NCBI RefSeq assembly: GCF_009914755.1
Contig: NC_060937.1
DNA from: the human T2T-CHM13v2.0 reference genome, Homo sapiens
DNA length: 64,000 nucleotides
Reading direction: 5' to 3' (one strand)
Shown here: positions 24,654-38,479 of the stretch, piece after piece
Layout: the number at the start of each line of letters is the position of its first letter
How positions within the stretch are numbered: position 1 is the first letter of the stretch
The notes under the pieces: model-generated
The model's database searches: none
Told to the model about the DNA's origin: nothing
Seen by the model: the letters and a program-made list of their open reading frames with translations, nothing else
Program-made: the position numbers and the translations under genes

Positions 24654-26660
24654 ACCTCCATTGTATGATATAAAAAGCTACTTAAGAACTCTGACTGACA
24701 AATTTATATCTTTTCTGAGTTGTAATTTAGGGATACTAATGGGAACAAAACAAAGATTTAGTTGGGTTACATGAAAGTGGTTAAATGCCAAAGTTGTGCT
24801 TTTTAGTGGTAGTTTGAGTTATTCTGATTGCACCAGTTTTCATATTCATTTTGGAGAAAATATAGAAAATACAGCAACAAATAGTCCTGGTTCTTATGAA
24901 AAAAGAAAAGGAGAGAGAGAGAGAGGACGGGGAGAACAGGATGAAGGAAAATGCCTGCTCTGTATGTATCCTAGAATTAGTTACTCCTGCCTAGTAAGTC
25001 CAGCTCTCTGAAACTCTTTAAGAATATAACAGATAAAATCTATTCTCATTTCTCAATGAATTAATGCATTTTTTTTTATTCTTTGGCCCTGTAACAGTGG
25101 TTCCAGATCAATGGTGTCACTTTTCAACAAGAAGTCCCTTGAGTTAAGTTCAAGTTGGCTGTAATAAACATTACCTCTGCCATGTCTTGTCACAGCCTGG
25201 TGCCATCAGGGAATTACTTGTTGCCAAGATGTAAATTTTTGACATAGCACAATGTAATAAAGCACCTCAGCTTCTCTAGAAAGAAAAATGTTATATTTTT
25301 GTATGTGTTTCTTTTGAAGCATCTTTTCCTTTTATGAGAAAATATAAATTTGGTTATATACATTAAAAGGCAGAATTTGCTGGTTCTGTTTGGAAGGAGG
25401 TGGAGTACATGTTTGAATAGCCAAAAGAGTTGATCTCCAAAAGGAGAAATTGTGTCTTTCTGGAGATGGATTTAATGTCATTATGCATAAGGATGTTACG
25501 ATTACTTTACCTGATGAGATGTTTTGACTTTCAGGAAAACAGTTGATTTTCAACAGGGTGCCAATGTCTGTTAAATAACCGAAAAAAATATGATCATCAA
25601 GACACCAAGGGTTTATTTCCATAAAGTCAGTTGGCATGGACAAAGTCTGGTTTATGGCATGTATAGTAAACCTATATGGTAGTGTTCTGTTTGCTAAATT
25701 TACTCCCCCTTGGGTTTCTCATCTACAACTTGGGAGTAATAGCATCTAACAAAATTTTGATTATTTAAGTGAAACATTCTTATAAGATATACATTAATGT
25801 ATTATGTCATAGCTATATTACATTAAAATGTTTACATCTCATTTAAACACATGATTTTTTTTACTGTATCAAATTTTATTTCAAAGTTTTCAAATTATTT
25901 GTAGTAAAACTAACTTAAAAGGCTTTTATACTAAAATCCCTACTTGTGGATAAAAGCTTGTTTTTTTCAGATGAGATATCTCCTATAGTAGTACTAATTA
26001 ATTCTTATTCATGACAACAAGAAAAGGAAGCATAAGATTTATATTTAAGGATTCACAGTAGGCAAATATTTATAAACATCTTTTAAATCAATTATATGAG
26101 GGAAGAGAGCAGGTGATTAAACCTAGCAATGGTTTACATAGAGATCAAGGCTATAAAGGCTGTGAAATGAAGGGAAGTTATATGTACGTACTTCATGGAG
26201 CCCTCCAATTTCTCAGGTGGAAAGCATATGTGCTTCATTAGGTTACAGACTGAAGTAAGAAAAGATTAGGCGAAATTGCTAGCCCTGAGGACTAAAAGCA
26301 ACAAACCTCAACAGCTCCAAATAGAACAATCCATGTAAATGTGACATTAGTATCTAGCATACCAGCTGTGTGGTGCAATCACTCAGCTATTAATGACTTC
26401 GTATGGGGCATGTAACTTGCACTCTGTACCAAATTCCAGAACCCCTTTCTTCTGTTTCAATAATTTTCAGTGCCTCTTTCCAGTGTGACCTAAAACTTCT
26501 TTCTTTCTCAGCTCTGAGCTGTCTTTTCATAGATAACATGAAAATATGGAAACTAATGCTATTAAAATGCTTTTAATATTGAGAATTTGCTGAAGTGTCA
26601 GATATAATGCTTTCAATTGTCTTCACTGAAATTGCAATATTTGAGGAGTTATTTGGAAAT

Positions 26661-26691
26661 ACACACACACACACACACACACACATACACA
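26661..26691. repeat. (CA)n microsatellite
   Basis: Directly visible. Confidence 0.95.
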
Positions 26692-29079
26692 TTAGTCAAG
26701 CAAAGTAATTTCTAATGGAAAGTTACTGAATCGGATTACAAAATACAGATATAAAAATCTGTTTATTTTTACACTAAATGTTAAGATGTTCTTGAAAGTG
26801 GAAACTGTTAAAAAACATTGTAAATTATAACTGATATCAAGAAAAGAGAGATTACTATTTAATCACTTAGCACAAATTAAACCCCAAAAGGCAGAAAAAA
26901 AGAGAATGATCAAGAGTAAATCAATTTAGTTTTAAGAACTAACATTATTTTGATTTTATAACTAAGTAATTTTATTTTAAAATCTTTAGCACTGTTTATA
27001 AAGAGACCGTATTTGGGGATACTATTTTGCATTGTTTATAAAAAGCACATTTTTGTATACCTGGCTCTCTTTTAAGAAAGTTCTAGAGTAATAGGTCACA
27101 ATTTTCTAATTTCAGAAGTTCAATCCATGCCATTATTATTGAGGTCAATTGCTTATTAATTTTCAGAGTTAAACATAAGAAAATATTAATGGCCACAGAA
27201 AATGTTCCTTATTGTGAACCAACACTGAAAGAAAGTAGTGGAAATGCCTAGTATGATAATTGACTCAATGGACATATGTGATGCTATGGAGAAAAGGCAC
27301 GAATTTCCATCTTTATGTCCCAACACCATTTTTCCACACTGGCATAAAAAAAGTGATAGACATTACTAAGATTACTAAGTTGGAATAATCTATCAGCTAG
27401 AAACAGCTCTATAATATTAACCTTATCTCTAGATTTTACCGGGAAGAAACTGAGAAGAAATCACTCATTAAGGATTATATTATTAAACTTGTTGGCCCAG
27501 ATGCCATTGCTGTAACTGAAAAAAACAAAGCAGCTGGCAAATGTTGAATGGAAGGGCATACATGAGCAAAAGTAGCAACAAATAGACTAAGTTGGTGAGT
27601 TATTGTTGGGGAATACTAGATCAAAAAACACAATTAAGAGAAAGTTGGATGTTGCTGAGATACAGAGAACCATTCTGCAGCCAGGGTGGATTATCATGAC
27701 CCCCTTAATAAGAGTGTATTTTGAATAAGAACCAGAAAAATGAAAGGAATCTAGTATGCTCCCTGGGATAATTATAAGTTGCTCCCTGCCTGCCTACTTC
27801 CCCCACCACTACCAGTGGCTTTTAGAAATATTTTAAGAGAGAAACATTGGCTTTATAGAATAATACATGCGACTAACAAACAATTCAGTGATACTAATTT
27901 GCTTATTTACAAAATTACATTTTCCTTATTACATTTGTTGTTTTCCATTTATGACAAACACGATCTATTCTATTTTTGAATCAGCATGGTGATTCATGAG
28001 TACATACGGTTGAGGTTCTCCTGCAGGAGACATGTCTATTAACTTCTGTTCTTTTCCCTTTAAGAAAACACTAGGCTTGATCCTTCTCTACAGTGTCCAG
28101 ACTTTTACTGTTTTCCAAAATTATTTCATTACTTGTTTTCCTTGTTTTAAATAGCCCCTTTCAATGTCAAAAGTATCAAAACAAAAAAATACAACAAATC
28201 AGCATTTTTCTACATGCATTTTTCAACATACACTTTTGTTCCTTCTTAGAAGTCTGATAATTATAAAGCTTTCTTTTGAAATCTAGATTTCCATTCCAGT
28301 GAAAGTCTATGACATCATCCATAGTGGCACAGACTTTCTTGATTGTCACTTAGCCAGGATAAGCACATGAGCTGGGTAAAGGAATTTAGATGTCATAGGA
28401 TAAAGAAAAGAACAGAATATTTGGTGAGCGGAGAAAAAATATATCCAGGGAAATAGAAAAGGACAGAGGGTACAATGGGAATGAGGAATGGGAATGATGA
28501 ATAAATGGGATAATGAGCAAAAAAAGTGGTTAATATCGTCATTAACCAAACCTCTTTATCTGAAACGGTAGGTACATCACTCTCCACTCACTCCTACTCC
28601 TGTACTTACTGCAAGTAACCAAATGTTCCCTTTTTATAGTAGGAATTTCAACCTCTGGTAAATAATTTTTGCATTCTGGACACAGGTCTGGAAAATAAAA
28701 TTGCTATACAGCGGTAAAGAAGAATTCCTACTTGGCAGAGTTTCAGCAAAACTCTAGTTTTATCGTGGAGTGGGATGCCATTCGGTACATTTATTTTACT
28801 GCATTCTCTGGATTATTGCTATATATTTGATTGTGCCAGTGAAAAACAAGAACATGGTTCTTGGGCTTAGAAAGTATATCTAACAGTCACTTTTAAAAAC
28901 AAATTCTGTCTTTAGGTTTAGTGTTTAAAATCACTAAGTTAAAAAGAAAATCAAGGGCTGAGGTCAACAACTGTTCTTTCTACCTTCTCAATTTATCTTT
29001 TTCTTACAAAGAAAGCCACCCTTCCCCATTTCAAGCTCTAGAAACTCACCCAAACCCACGAGTATCAACACAGAGAATA

Positions 29080-29625
29080 GTAGGTAACCCCTGACCCAAG
29101 TTGGGAAAGTTGTTCCCTGTGATTTATAGGTCATAAAAGTGACCTCCCTGTCCTTCGAAGCTTCCAGGTTCAGATTATTTACACTTAAAGCTGCAGATAG
29201 CCCTATTTCCTACTTTATAGAGAAAACAATGGACCCTTCCAGGTTCAGATTATTTACACTTAAAGCTGCAGATAGCCCTATTTCCTACTTTATAGAGAAA
29301 ACAATGGACCCTTTAGTAGAAGAAATTGTCTCCATAATCAGTGAAGAGACTGGGAACAGCATACAAAGAAGAAGAGATGGAGAGAGATGAACAGAGGTAG
29401 AGACGTATGATAGAGATCAAGATGAAGAGTAAGAGAGAGCTGGAGACAGGAGCTGAGTTCCTGGAACCAGCTGAGCCTGAGAGCCGCTCCACATCTGCCC
29501 TTTCTCCGGGGATGGTAATTCAATGCATTGCCCTTGTGTTGGTTGATTTATTTCGGTTTTGTCCTCTGTTAAACCACTGTGAGTTGGGTCTCACCACTTG
29601 AAAGAAATAGGGTGCTGATTAACCA
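29080..29625 (+). mobile_element. Old MaLR LTR (MLT1K/L-like)
   Basis: TGACCCAAGTTGGG..., GAGTTCCTGGAACCAGCTGAGCCTGA, and 3' end TGAGTTGGGTCTCACCACTTG...CTGATTAACCA. Confidence 0.5.
29161..29310. repeat. Perfect 75-bp tandem duplication
   Basis: 29161-29235 is identical to 29236-29310. Confidence 0.97.
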
Positions 29626-31617
29626 AGGAACAAAAAGAGGGAATAGAAGGCGTATGAGGACTCTAAACCCATTAGTATATCAGTTCTACTGTCACTTCTA
29701 GTACATTTTGGCATGGATGTTGGAGGAGTGATTTATTCTGTCTCAATGTCAGTCCATTTATCAGCCAAATGGAGATAAACTTTTTCTCACATATTTTCTG
29801 AGAAAATCAATATAATTTGCAGGAGGGAAGGAGTATCTAGTTGTTCTGAACTAAACTGTAAAGCCTACCTCAGCCCATTATGACACGATACTGAGCTCAA
29901 AATGGAGGAGCTGTGGAGGACGAAGAAAGAACGAATTGATTGCTGAGATGCTACTGGCCACCCTGGTGAGAATGCTTCATGGTTTGGTATAGATAGGCTT
30001 TTGAAGAACGGTTATTCTTTGCAATAGAAAGCCCTTCCATACAGAATAACTATCTATAGTATCTTTTGCAGAAGTGAAGCCCAGTTTCCCCCCAAATAAT
30101 TTCATTCTTTTCATAATCCTGCCCATCTTTTAAAATCAACAAGCCTACAATATATTTTTCTCAATAATTTTTATTTTTTGGATGTTTTGATCTCTTTATG
30201 TCTTTTAAGAAAATGAGCCTTTGAGACCCACTTTTATGACTCTTAAGAAAGCCTGGCTTTTTCATTCGTTTCCTTTTGTATTCTGATCCCCACCATTTAG
30301 TGACATTTATTATAGACTATAAAAGGATTCTTCTATTTATTTCAACAAGAATTTTTGTTGTTACTGTTACTAATGGTTTCTATTAGGTTCACTGTCAAAA
30401 GTGAATAAAATGGATAGTTGTTTGTGGTATGTTTCTAGATGTATGCAATAAATGAAATATTAGTCTATTTTGTGAACCTAGAGTAAATGATAGCTGTGAC
30501 ACTTAGGAATGATATTTCACTTATAATATTTATCTAATTGTTAATGGTTTAATAACTGCAATAAAACAGAACTGCAATAAACAGCAGCCTTTGCGTCAGC
30601 TTGGCTCTCCTTCCTGTTTATGTGCTCTACACTTTCGAGAAGAGGCGATTGTTTTGCTTTTTCAATCTGATTGTGTGGAAACAGCACAGAACAGTGGGAG
30701 AGGAAGTGTGGGACAAGGTTTCTAACAGGGATTCCCCTCATCAGATTCCCTATTCTGGATTTAATGTTCTTCATCTTTTCAGTCTCCCTTCTAGTCCCCT
30801 CTAAATGTCCCGAAGTACAATATCAACAGGTAAAAGACAAAATGTGATTAAATGAGGAAGCATGCTAATATGATCCTAAGGTTATATTTCTAAAATGAGT
30901 CATTCTAGATGAATTATCTCTCACCATATTACTTTCTCAAATGCAGCTTGTTTGTGAAACCCTTGTATAAGTTAGTCAAGAAAGAGAAGACTTTTAAAAA
31001 CAAGATAGGTGGAATTTCGATGAATAAGAAATTGTCTACACTGGGTAACAGCAAATGAATTTTCTATACTCTGCAGCGAGTTACTTGTTTGATAGTCTAA
31101 AGACTAAAGCAAATTGCCATAGGCAACAAAGTATACCCCCAAAATCACAATAAATGTCGAAATAAGTGATTGTAGCTCATCCAGTAGCTGAAACTGGAAA
31201 TCCATCCAAACCAGTGTGGACTTGTCATTTTCCCTAAAGACCAATTCTATGTTGTTAATCCTTCTAGAGTATATTTCTATTACTACTATTGTTATTTTAC
31301 CTATTGTTATAACTACTTAAGGTTTTTTAGTTTTAAATTTCTTGTCTGCAGAGGGTATTATGTCCTATTTTTCTTCTTAGTTCATAGCAATGAATACACA
31401 GAAAAACTTAAATATAGCACCAGAAGGAAAAAAAATATATGGCTCTAAGTTTGATGAGGAAACTCAGACAGAGAAGAGTTAAATGTCTCTAAGTTACACC
31501 ACTTGTTAGTGATAAAATTTCTCTTAACATCTAATCATGCACTCATCCTCAGCAATTGTTGATAAGTGATGCTAATTCTACTAGTCTTTATATCTGGAAA
31601 ACCTAAATAAATCTCCT

Positions 31618-31982
31618 TGATATGGTTTGGTTGTGTCCCCATCCAAATCTCAACTTGAATTGTAGCTCCCATAATTCCCATGTGTCGCAGGAGGGACCCA
31701 GTGGGGAGTAATTGAATCACAGGGGCAGGTCTTTCCTGTGCCATTCTTGTGATAGTGAATGAGTCTCACAAGATCTGATGGTTTTATAAACGGGAGTTCC
31801 TGTACTCAAGCTCTCTCTTGCCTGCCACCATGTAAGATGTCCCTTTGTTCTTCCTTCATCTTCTGCCATGATTGTGAGGCCTCCTAAGCCATGTGGAACT
31901 GTGAGTCCATTAGAATTCTTTCCTTTATAAATTACCAGTCTTTGGTATGTCTGTATTAGCAGCATGAGAACAGACTAATACA
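31618..31982 (+). mobile_element. THE1B solo LTR (ERVL-MaLR), full length
   Basis: TGATATGGTTTGG...CAGACTAATACA, 365 bp, with near-perfect 5-bp TSD CTCCT/CTCCC. Confidence 0.92.
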
Positions 31983-32444
31983 CTCCCTTTCCTCTGAAGT
32001 CCTGAATAACTGAGGCAGTCAGATATATGCAAACTCACTTTCCAGGTCAAGAATATCAAGAAAAGTCATCGTACAGGAAAAAGAAGACTTTTTTTTTTTT
32101 GCATATTAGGGACATGGGAGTCACACTTCTGGAAGTACTCTGTGACCACAGGAGCTTTACCCCTTTCCTGCACGGGGCCAGGCTCCCATCTGGGATGGTT
32201 CTGGGATTTACTGATGTCTCCTATTTCCCATCAATCATACACACATTACTTTAAACCTAAGAATAGTCCTGAGGAGGGATACTCCCATTCTCACTTTACA
32301 GACAGTTCAGACAACTGAGGCTCAGAGTTCCAGAATCAGCTTGAAGCCACAGAGCAGCCCAGTGGAAGCTCTTAGTGCTTGGTACAGATTTTCTAATTCT
32401 GAAGCTTCTGCTTGTCCATCTGTCTGGGCTACTTCAACACAAAG

Positions 32445-32622
32445 AGTGGATCTCAGTCCTGACTGCACATCTGAATCACTTGCTGAGCTTAACATAAGAA
32501 GAAGAAAAAAGTCACTTCTCACAAGTCCCCACCTACAACCAATTCAATGGGAATCTTGGTTGCTGGAGTCTGAGCACAAAACCTCAGTAGATGATGCCAG
32601 TGCGCACCCAGGTTTGCAAATC
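32445..32622. mobile_element. MER5A hAT-Charlie MITE
   Basis: GTGGATCTCAGTCCTGACTGCACATCTGAATCAC...CCAGGTTTGCAAATC. Confidence 0.65.
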
Positions 32623-35600
32623 TTATCTAGAAGATAATCTAGAAGATAATCAGCAGAAGCATTTGCTGGGGAAAGGAAGGAGCCTGAGAGGCATTCCCCA
32701 TTGCCATAGAAGTGTTTGGGTGGCCACCTGATTTATCAGCCAAACCAGCCAAACCAGGACACAGGAGAGAGTGTAATGGGGGTGGTCCTAATAACAAAGC
32801 AGGGACAAGAAACATAATCTAAGTTTGTCCTGGACCAATGAGTCAGTGTTTTTGCTCTCTGTGTGACTCAAATTAAATTTTGGTTTCGATTTTTAAGTCT
32901 AACAGTAAGGACTATTTCATTTAACTCTGTATCTCCACTGGGCTTCCTATGGAGTGTTGCGCAAAGGATACATGGAGAATTTGTAAGATGGATCCACTCA
33001 AGGTTGTTTTTCCTTGTCTGTTTTACAGACTGTCACTCATTTTTTCACTTAAAATAATTGCTATAGTTCTATACGGTGGATAAAAGAAAAGTGGTTATTT
33101 TTCAAAAACAGAAACCAAAAGCTTAAATAATCTTTTCATTGTGAAACAGCTTTCTGGGCTGGTGATAGCCACATGCCCAGCCTAACTTTGCTTTGTCCAG
33201 TAGTATACATCATTTACTCTCTGAATTTTCGAATTGTCTTTCTTCCTAGTTTATAGATCTGAATTTTCAGCTAAGATAAATAGACCTATGAACCCTTCTT
33301 TATATATTTTAATAGTCACCTAATTACATTTACACTCAAAAAAGAGAAGAGTGGTTTGGTATAAATAACAATTCTAGGCAAAGTAAATAGGAAATAAGGA
33401 GATAAATTTTTATTGGATAATGGCTTAGTTCTTGTCATATAAAGCAATGGTCCTTGTCTGATCGCCAGTCTCTAAATAACAATTCAGAAGCAATACACAC
33501 AGCAGTAATTGGACCAGTATAATTGTCTTGAGATTATCTAACTCACTATAAGTAAGCTTCGTAACGTAAGACTTACAGCAAACTATTTTGAATAAAAACA
33601 TCAGAACATGTAGATGGTCAAGATTTATTGTGTACTTATGTACATTTAAAAGAAACCCTGGGGTATTCATTCAGTTGAGTCTTTTTAAATTTCCCAGCTT
33701 ATAGTTTACACCACTAAATTAACATAGAAGCAAATGAGCTTTTCTTTTGTACCATAGATTATAGAGAACTTCCTGAATATATAGCTTTATAAAAAGTGTT
33801 TAAAGACATATTTAATTCAAGTTTCTTTCCAATCATAAAAGCTAATTAACTCAATTGAAAACATAATTCTATACAAAGTAATGCTAAGAAAAATGTATGT
33901 CTTTTAGCACATTCCACAAGTCTCTACCCAGGTTTGTTAAGTGGTAAAATAATTAGGAAATTAGTTTATGTAGTTCTATTGTGCTAGATTATTCAAGACA
34001 CTAACTAATAGAAGCATACTAGAGAAGAATTATATGACAAACCAAAAAGACTTATTTTCATGTACATCCTAAATTAAGAGCAGAAACAGAACTAATAAAA
34101 AAATCTGTCTTCTGCTGATTTCTTCTTTTATTTATCTTTTCTTTTCCTTGATCATCATCAGTTTCTGAAGGTTTAGCTCGCAATGTCTTCACTCCTTGGA
34201 GAATAGCATTCTTCATCTATCACCAACAAGCATATGGTTCCCAAATCTGTGCATAAACACCTCTTTCTGCCACAGTCTCTCCCTTGTTCTATAATTTCAT
34301 ATTCCCAAATGAAACTCTCACTGAGTTGTCCCTCATCAAACAATGAACCTACAAGTGAATCCCTCACAAAAGGTAAAGATAAATACAAAGGAAGTTGGTG
34401 ATCCTGGTCAATATTTTACTTGATGTCCAATTTTCCTTTGTAGAATTAACAAACCTGGTCAATCAGCATCTGTTTCATCGTCATTATTTTGCACAGACGT
34501 CTTAACCTCACAGCCTCAATTTTTAGCCCCCGAGCCATGTTTTCCTTTCTATGAATATACGCCTAAAACATGCCTTTGGACCACAGGAACATTCTAAGTG
34601 CTCCTCTGTCATGGCAGCTTTGAACTACCTGATTGTGGTAGTAGCACCTTCGTTGCAGTTGTTGTCTTCTGCTTCTCTGCTGGAAAAATTGCTGTCTCCT
34701 ATGAATATAAAAACATGCCTTCCCCTGCCCCAGTTTCAGAATTTAATTTCCCACTAATCACCAAAAAAGAAGCAAGACATTTTTTACATTTGGAAATTTG
34801 CATTTGAATCGTGGAGATGATAATCAACGTATTTTTCTTTGCCCTAATGCTATTTAATAGGAAAGCTATGAGGATTTTTTCCCGTTTAAAGATGTAAGGG
34901 CTACCTTATTCCAGTGGATGTAGATCTCATTTTAAACCAGGTTTTACTTTTATTCTGAGTGATTTAGTAAAAAGAAAGAAATTTAGGTTTACCCATATCC
35001 TAGTGGGGATAAAAACATAAAATGGAAAGCAGAATAATGCAGTCACCAACTAGGAAAATAAAAAAATAGAGGTTTTTAAAGATTATTCAATTTTAAGATA
35101 TAATAGATAGGCTGGTGTGCTGTTATTGAGGCACAGAAAGGAGTCCATAAAGACAAAATGTAAGGTGCACTACTGAATACTCCATGTGCCAGTAATGTCT
35201 ATTACTATGTGGGCATCAAATGGTTAAAATCCTTTTTATCATAAAACCTCATTCTGCTACACTTCATGGAGTAGCCAGCAAAGTGACAGTTCCTTCAGAG
35301 GTGGAAAGACCTTTTCAGATATGACAACCTGGAAGCTGTACTTCTCCAAAACTAAGTCAGTTTACATATGTCATCCCCTCTGCAAGGGCATTCTCAGGAA
35401 ATAGGCTGTGGCAGCAAGGAATTTGCAGATGAAAGAGAGCGAAACTCCTGTGTTTTTAGAAATACATTGATTTGTCCAGTATTTAATGAAGAACATGGAT
35501 GGCCAGAGCTATACACATCGTTGATGAAGACTTTCATAAGACAGTTATCTGTGTGCCTGTTTGTATCCTTTGCCAGACTGCACATTCTTTTAAGGTCATT

Positions 35601-35799
35601 TATGTTCACCATAATGTGTATCCCAAGAACTAACCATAGTGACTGGTACATAGCAGGCATTAAATTAACAATTCCAAGGAGATACTGATAATTTTCTACA
35701 AATAAAGTAAAAATCTTGATAAGAAGGAAGAGCAAATCCTGTATGGATGATACTGAAGGTGACTAGCAGACGATATACAAGCAAACTATAGAGAAAGAA

Positions 35800-36020
35800 A
35801 ATAATAACAGCAAACTCTTATAACACTTACTACGTGCCATGTGAAATTATAAATGTAAATGTATCCAAATCTGTCAAAAAATCTCTGTTATAAGCACTAT
35901 TACATTAGATCAGAGACTTCAGGCACAGTGACTGGTCTGAGGTCATACAACATGCAATTGTCAGAGCTGGAATTTTAATTCAGAAAGTCTGGCTTCAGGA
36001 AGTTTTCACTACACTGCTGC
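35800..36020 (-). mobile_element. MIR SINE
   Basis: CACTTACTACGTGCCA...GAGGTCATACAAC...CAGAGCTGGAATTT...GTCTGGCTTCAG. Confidence 0.65.
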
Positions 36021-36136
36021 CTACAAAAAGAATAACCTCAAAAGGATAAGAACAGTCTGTTTTCCTAATAGGGGGAGGTGTTGAAAAACCATCTGTATGG
36101 TGAGGAAAAATCAGAAGTAAGAGTAATTATGTGTAG

Positions 36137-36427
<291 letters not shown>

Positions 36428-36617
36428 TAAATGCTTCAGTTCACTACTTATGTACTGGTTTGGGGTAGTTTATTACATATTGTGAATTTAAGAGTTCTCT
36501 ACTGATCCTTCATATTATCTTTATAAAAGAAAAATAAATGAACTGGGTAGATCTTGCTTGCAACCATCATCAAGCTGTGGTGCTCCTAGTGTCAAGATGC
36601 TGTAATCAACCCCACTG

Positions 36618-36873
36618 TAGAATGTTTCCCAAAGTGATTTTCCTAAAATTCTACTTCTGTGGGACAATATGAGGTGCCACCAGGAAAATAAGTTTCATAG
36701 TTAAACAAGTCTGGAAAATTTTAAGTTAAACAAAATTAGACCAGTTGCATTATGTCAGGGCTTCACGCTATAATTAACACATAAATGTGTGTTGTTAACC
36801 TCCAAAGACCACCTGTTCTACTGAAGAAATCACAAGATCATGGTTTTTCATAGAACAAACTGAGAAAAACTGC
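36618..36873. mobile_element. hAT-Charlie MITE (MER103C-like)
   Basis: Ends TGTTTCCCAAAGTG...ACTGAGAAAAACTG, with internal ACAAGTCTGGAAAA...GTTAAACAAA. Confidence 0.45.
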
Positions 36874-37809
36874 CTTGGAGATTTTATTTTTCCTATTTGG
36901 CTGTTTTACACATTATAACTAGGCCAGACTGTGTTTTGAAAACTTGGCCATCAACTTGCCATCTACATTGAAGAACCACTAAAAGTGTTATATGAGGAAT
37001 ACTTAATCTGTTACATTTACTATTTGAGTACAACTTTCAGGAAAATAGACTCACCCAATGTTTTATGCAATGTTTTGCCATGGTCATAAAATATGTAACA
37101 TAAATCTTAGCAACTATTTAATTTTTGTTTAGTTTACAAACTTCCACTCACTGGCCCTCCCTAACAGATTCTGTGGACTTGATAGCAAACATGTTTTCTG
37201 TTTAAATTTTTTTAAACTGAAGCTAAAAAAAACAAGCTTTCAAACAACATTGAATATAATGCAACTCTAGGTTGCTATCACCCTGCTTCACTCATTCAAA
37301 ACTGATCGCGGAAATTGATCCAGTAAGCTTAGCCCTGTCCCACAAGCAATGTACTTTTTGGTGGGAAGGGCAGTCATATGGACAACTCAGTATGCTATTA
37401 ACAGTGATGCAGCTGAAATACCAAGAGACCACTACTGTGGCACATTGTGACTCTGTATAAAAGTGGGTTTCACATTGAAGGTGCTATTTGAGTTGGGTCC
37501 TGAAAAGTAAAAATGTTGCAACTATATAAGTATTCCATGCAGAGTAATCAACATAAAATTATAATGAATCATCATAATAATGAAAGTAAATGGAGCACCC
37601 CTATATGCAACATACCCAAGTCAGTTTCTTAATTGAGCCCTCATGTCAGTCATCTGACTCTACTTTAAAGATCAAGAAAAAGGTTTAGAAATTTCAGAAA
37701 CATGCCCAGGTCCCATGCACACCAGATCCCAGTCTTCTCTTGTGACATGAGAGCATAGTAAGCTCCAGGAGCAGTAACCCGTCCCATAACACAGTAACAC
37801 AGACAAAGG

Positions 37810-38090
37810 ATGACAATGACAAGTATTAATTATGAAGCACACACCTTTGGCCAGGCACTATTCTAAACTTCTCACCCACCTTATGTACTTTGTTCCTCAC
37901 AACTATCTGATGAAGAGTGTAGGTGATCATGCCCATTTGTCAGATGGGGAAACTTTTTTTTTTTCCTTAGAAGGAGAAAATTTGTTAAGAGAGCTTAAAT
38001 AACTTGTTCAAAGTCACAAGACACATAAACGATAGAATCAAGGCAATTTGACATTAGGGTCTACACTGTTAGCTATCATGTTATATGGCC
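37810..38090 (-). mobile_element. MIR SINE
   Basis: GCCAGGCACTATTCTAA...CCTCACAAC...CCCATTTGTCAGATGGGGAAACT...TAAATAACTTGTTCAAAGTCACA. Confidence 0.75.
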
Positions 38091-38479
38091 CACTAGCATA
38101 ATTATGTGGTACATATGGAGATTAGGAAGTTTTTTTCTATCAGGAAAAAAATTATTCTAAAAGCTTAAAAGTTTGGGCCAGTATTACCAGAATGAAAATG
38201 ACTATATAAGGCGGCAATTTCCTCTTTCTCTCAGATATCATTTCTTTTAAATTAATATTTAAAAAACCTCACTATTCAGCAAATCTAGGAGATAAATATC
38301 TTCTGTGACATACGATGGCCAACATGGCAAAGACCAGCACAGAAGCTGCTCTGGGGAGAATGGACACAGCATTGACCCAGAGGAGGCAGAAATGAAAAGG
38401 TACCACAGGACACATATACACCAGGATATAGTGAGATTGTGAAGCGAAAAACAGCAAAATAAATCAAGCAAATAGCACA

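Noticed and set aside
29139-29390. 83-aa ORF with an internal 25-aa repeat
   Set aside because: It is a by-product of the 75-bp duplication, with a GTG start and no promoter or splice support.
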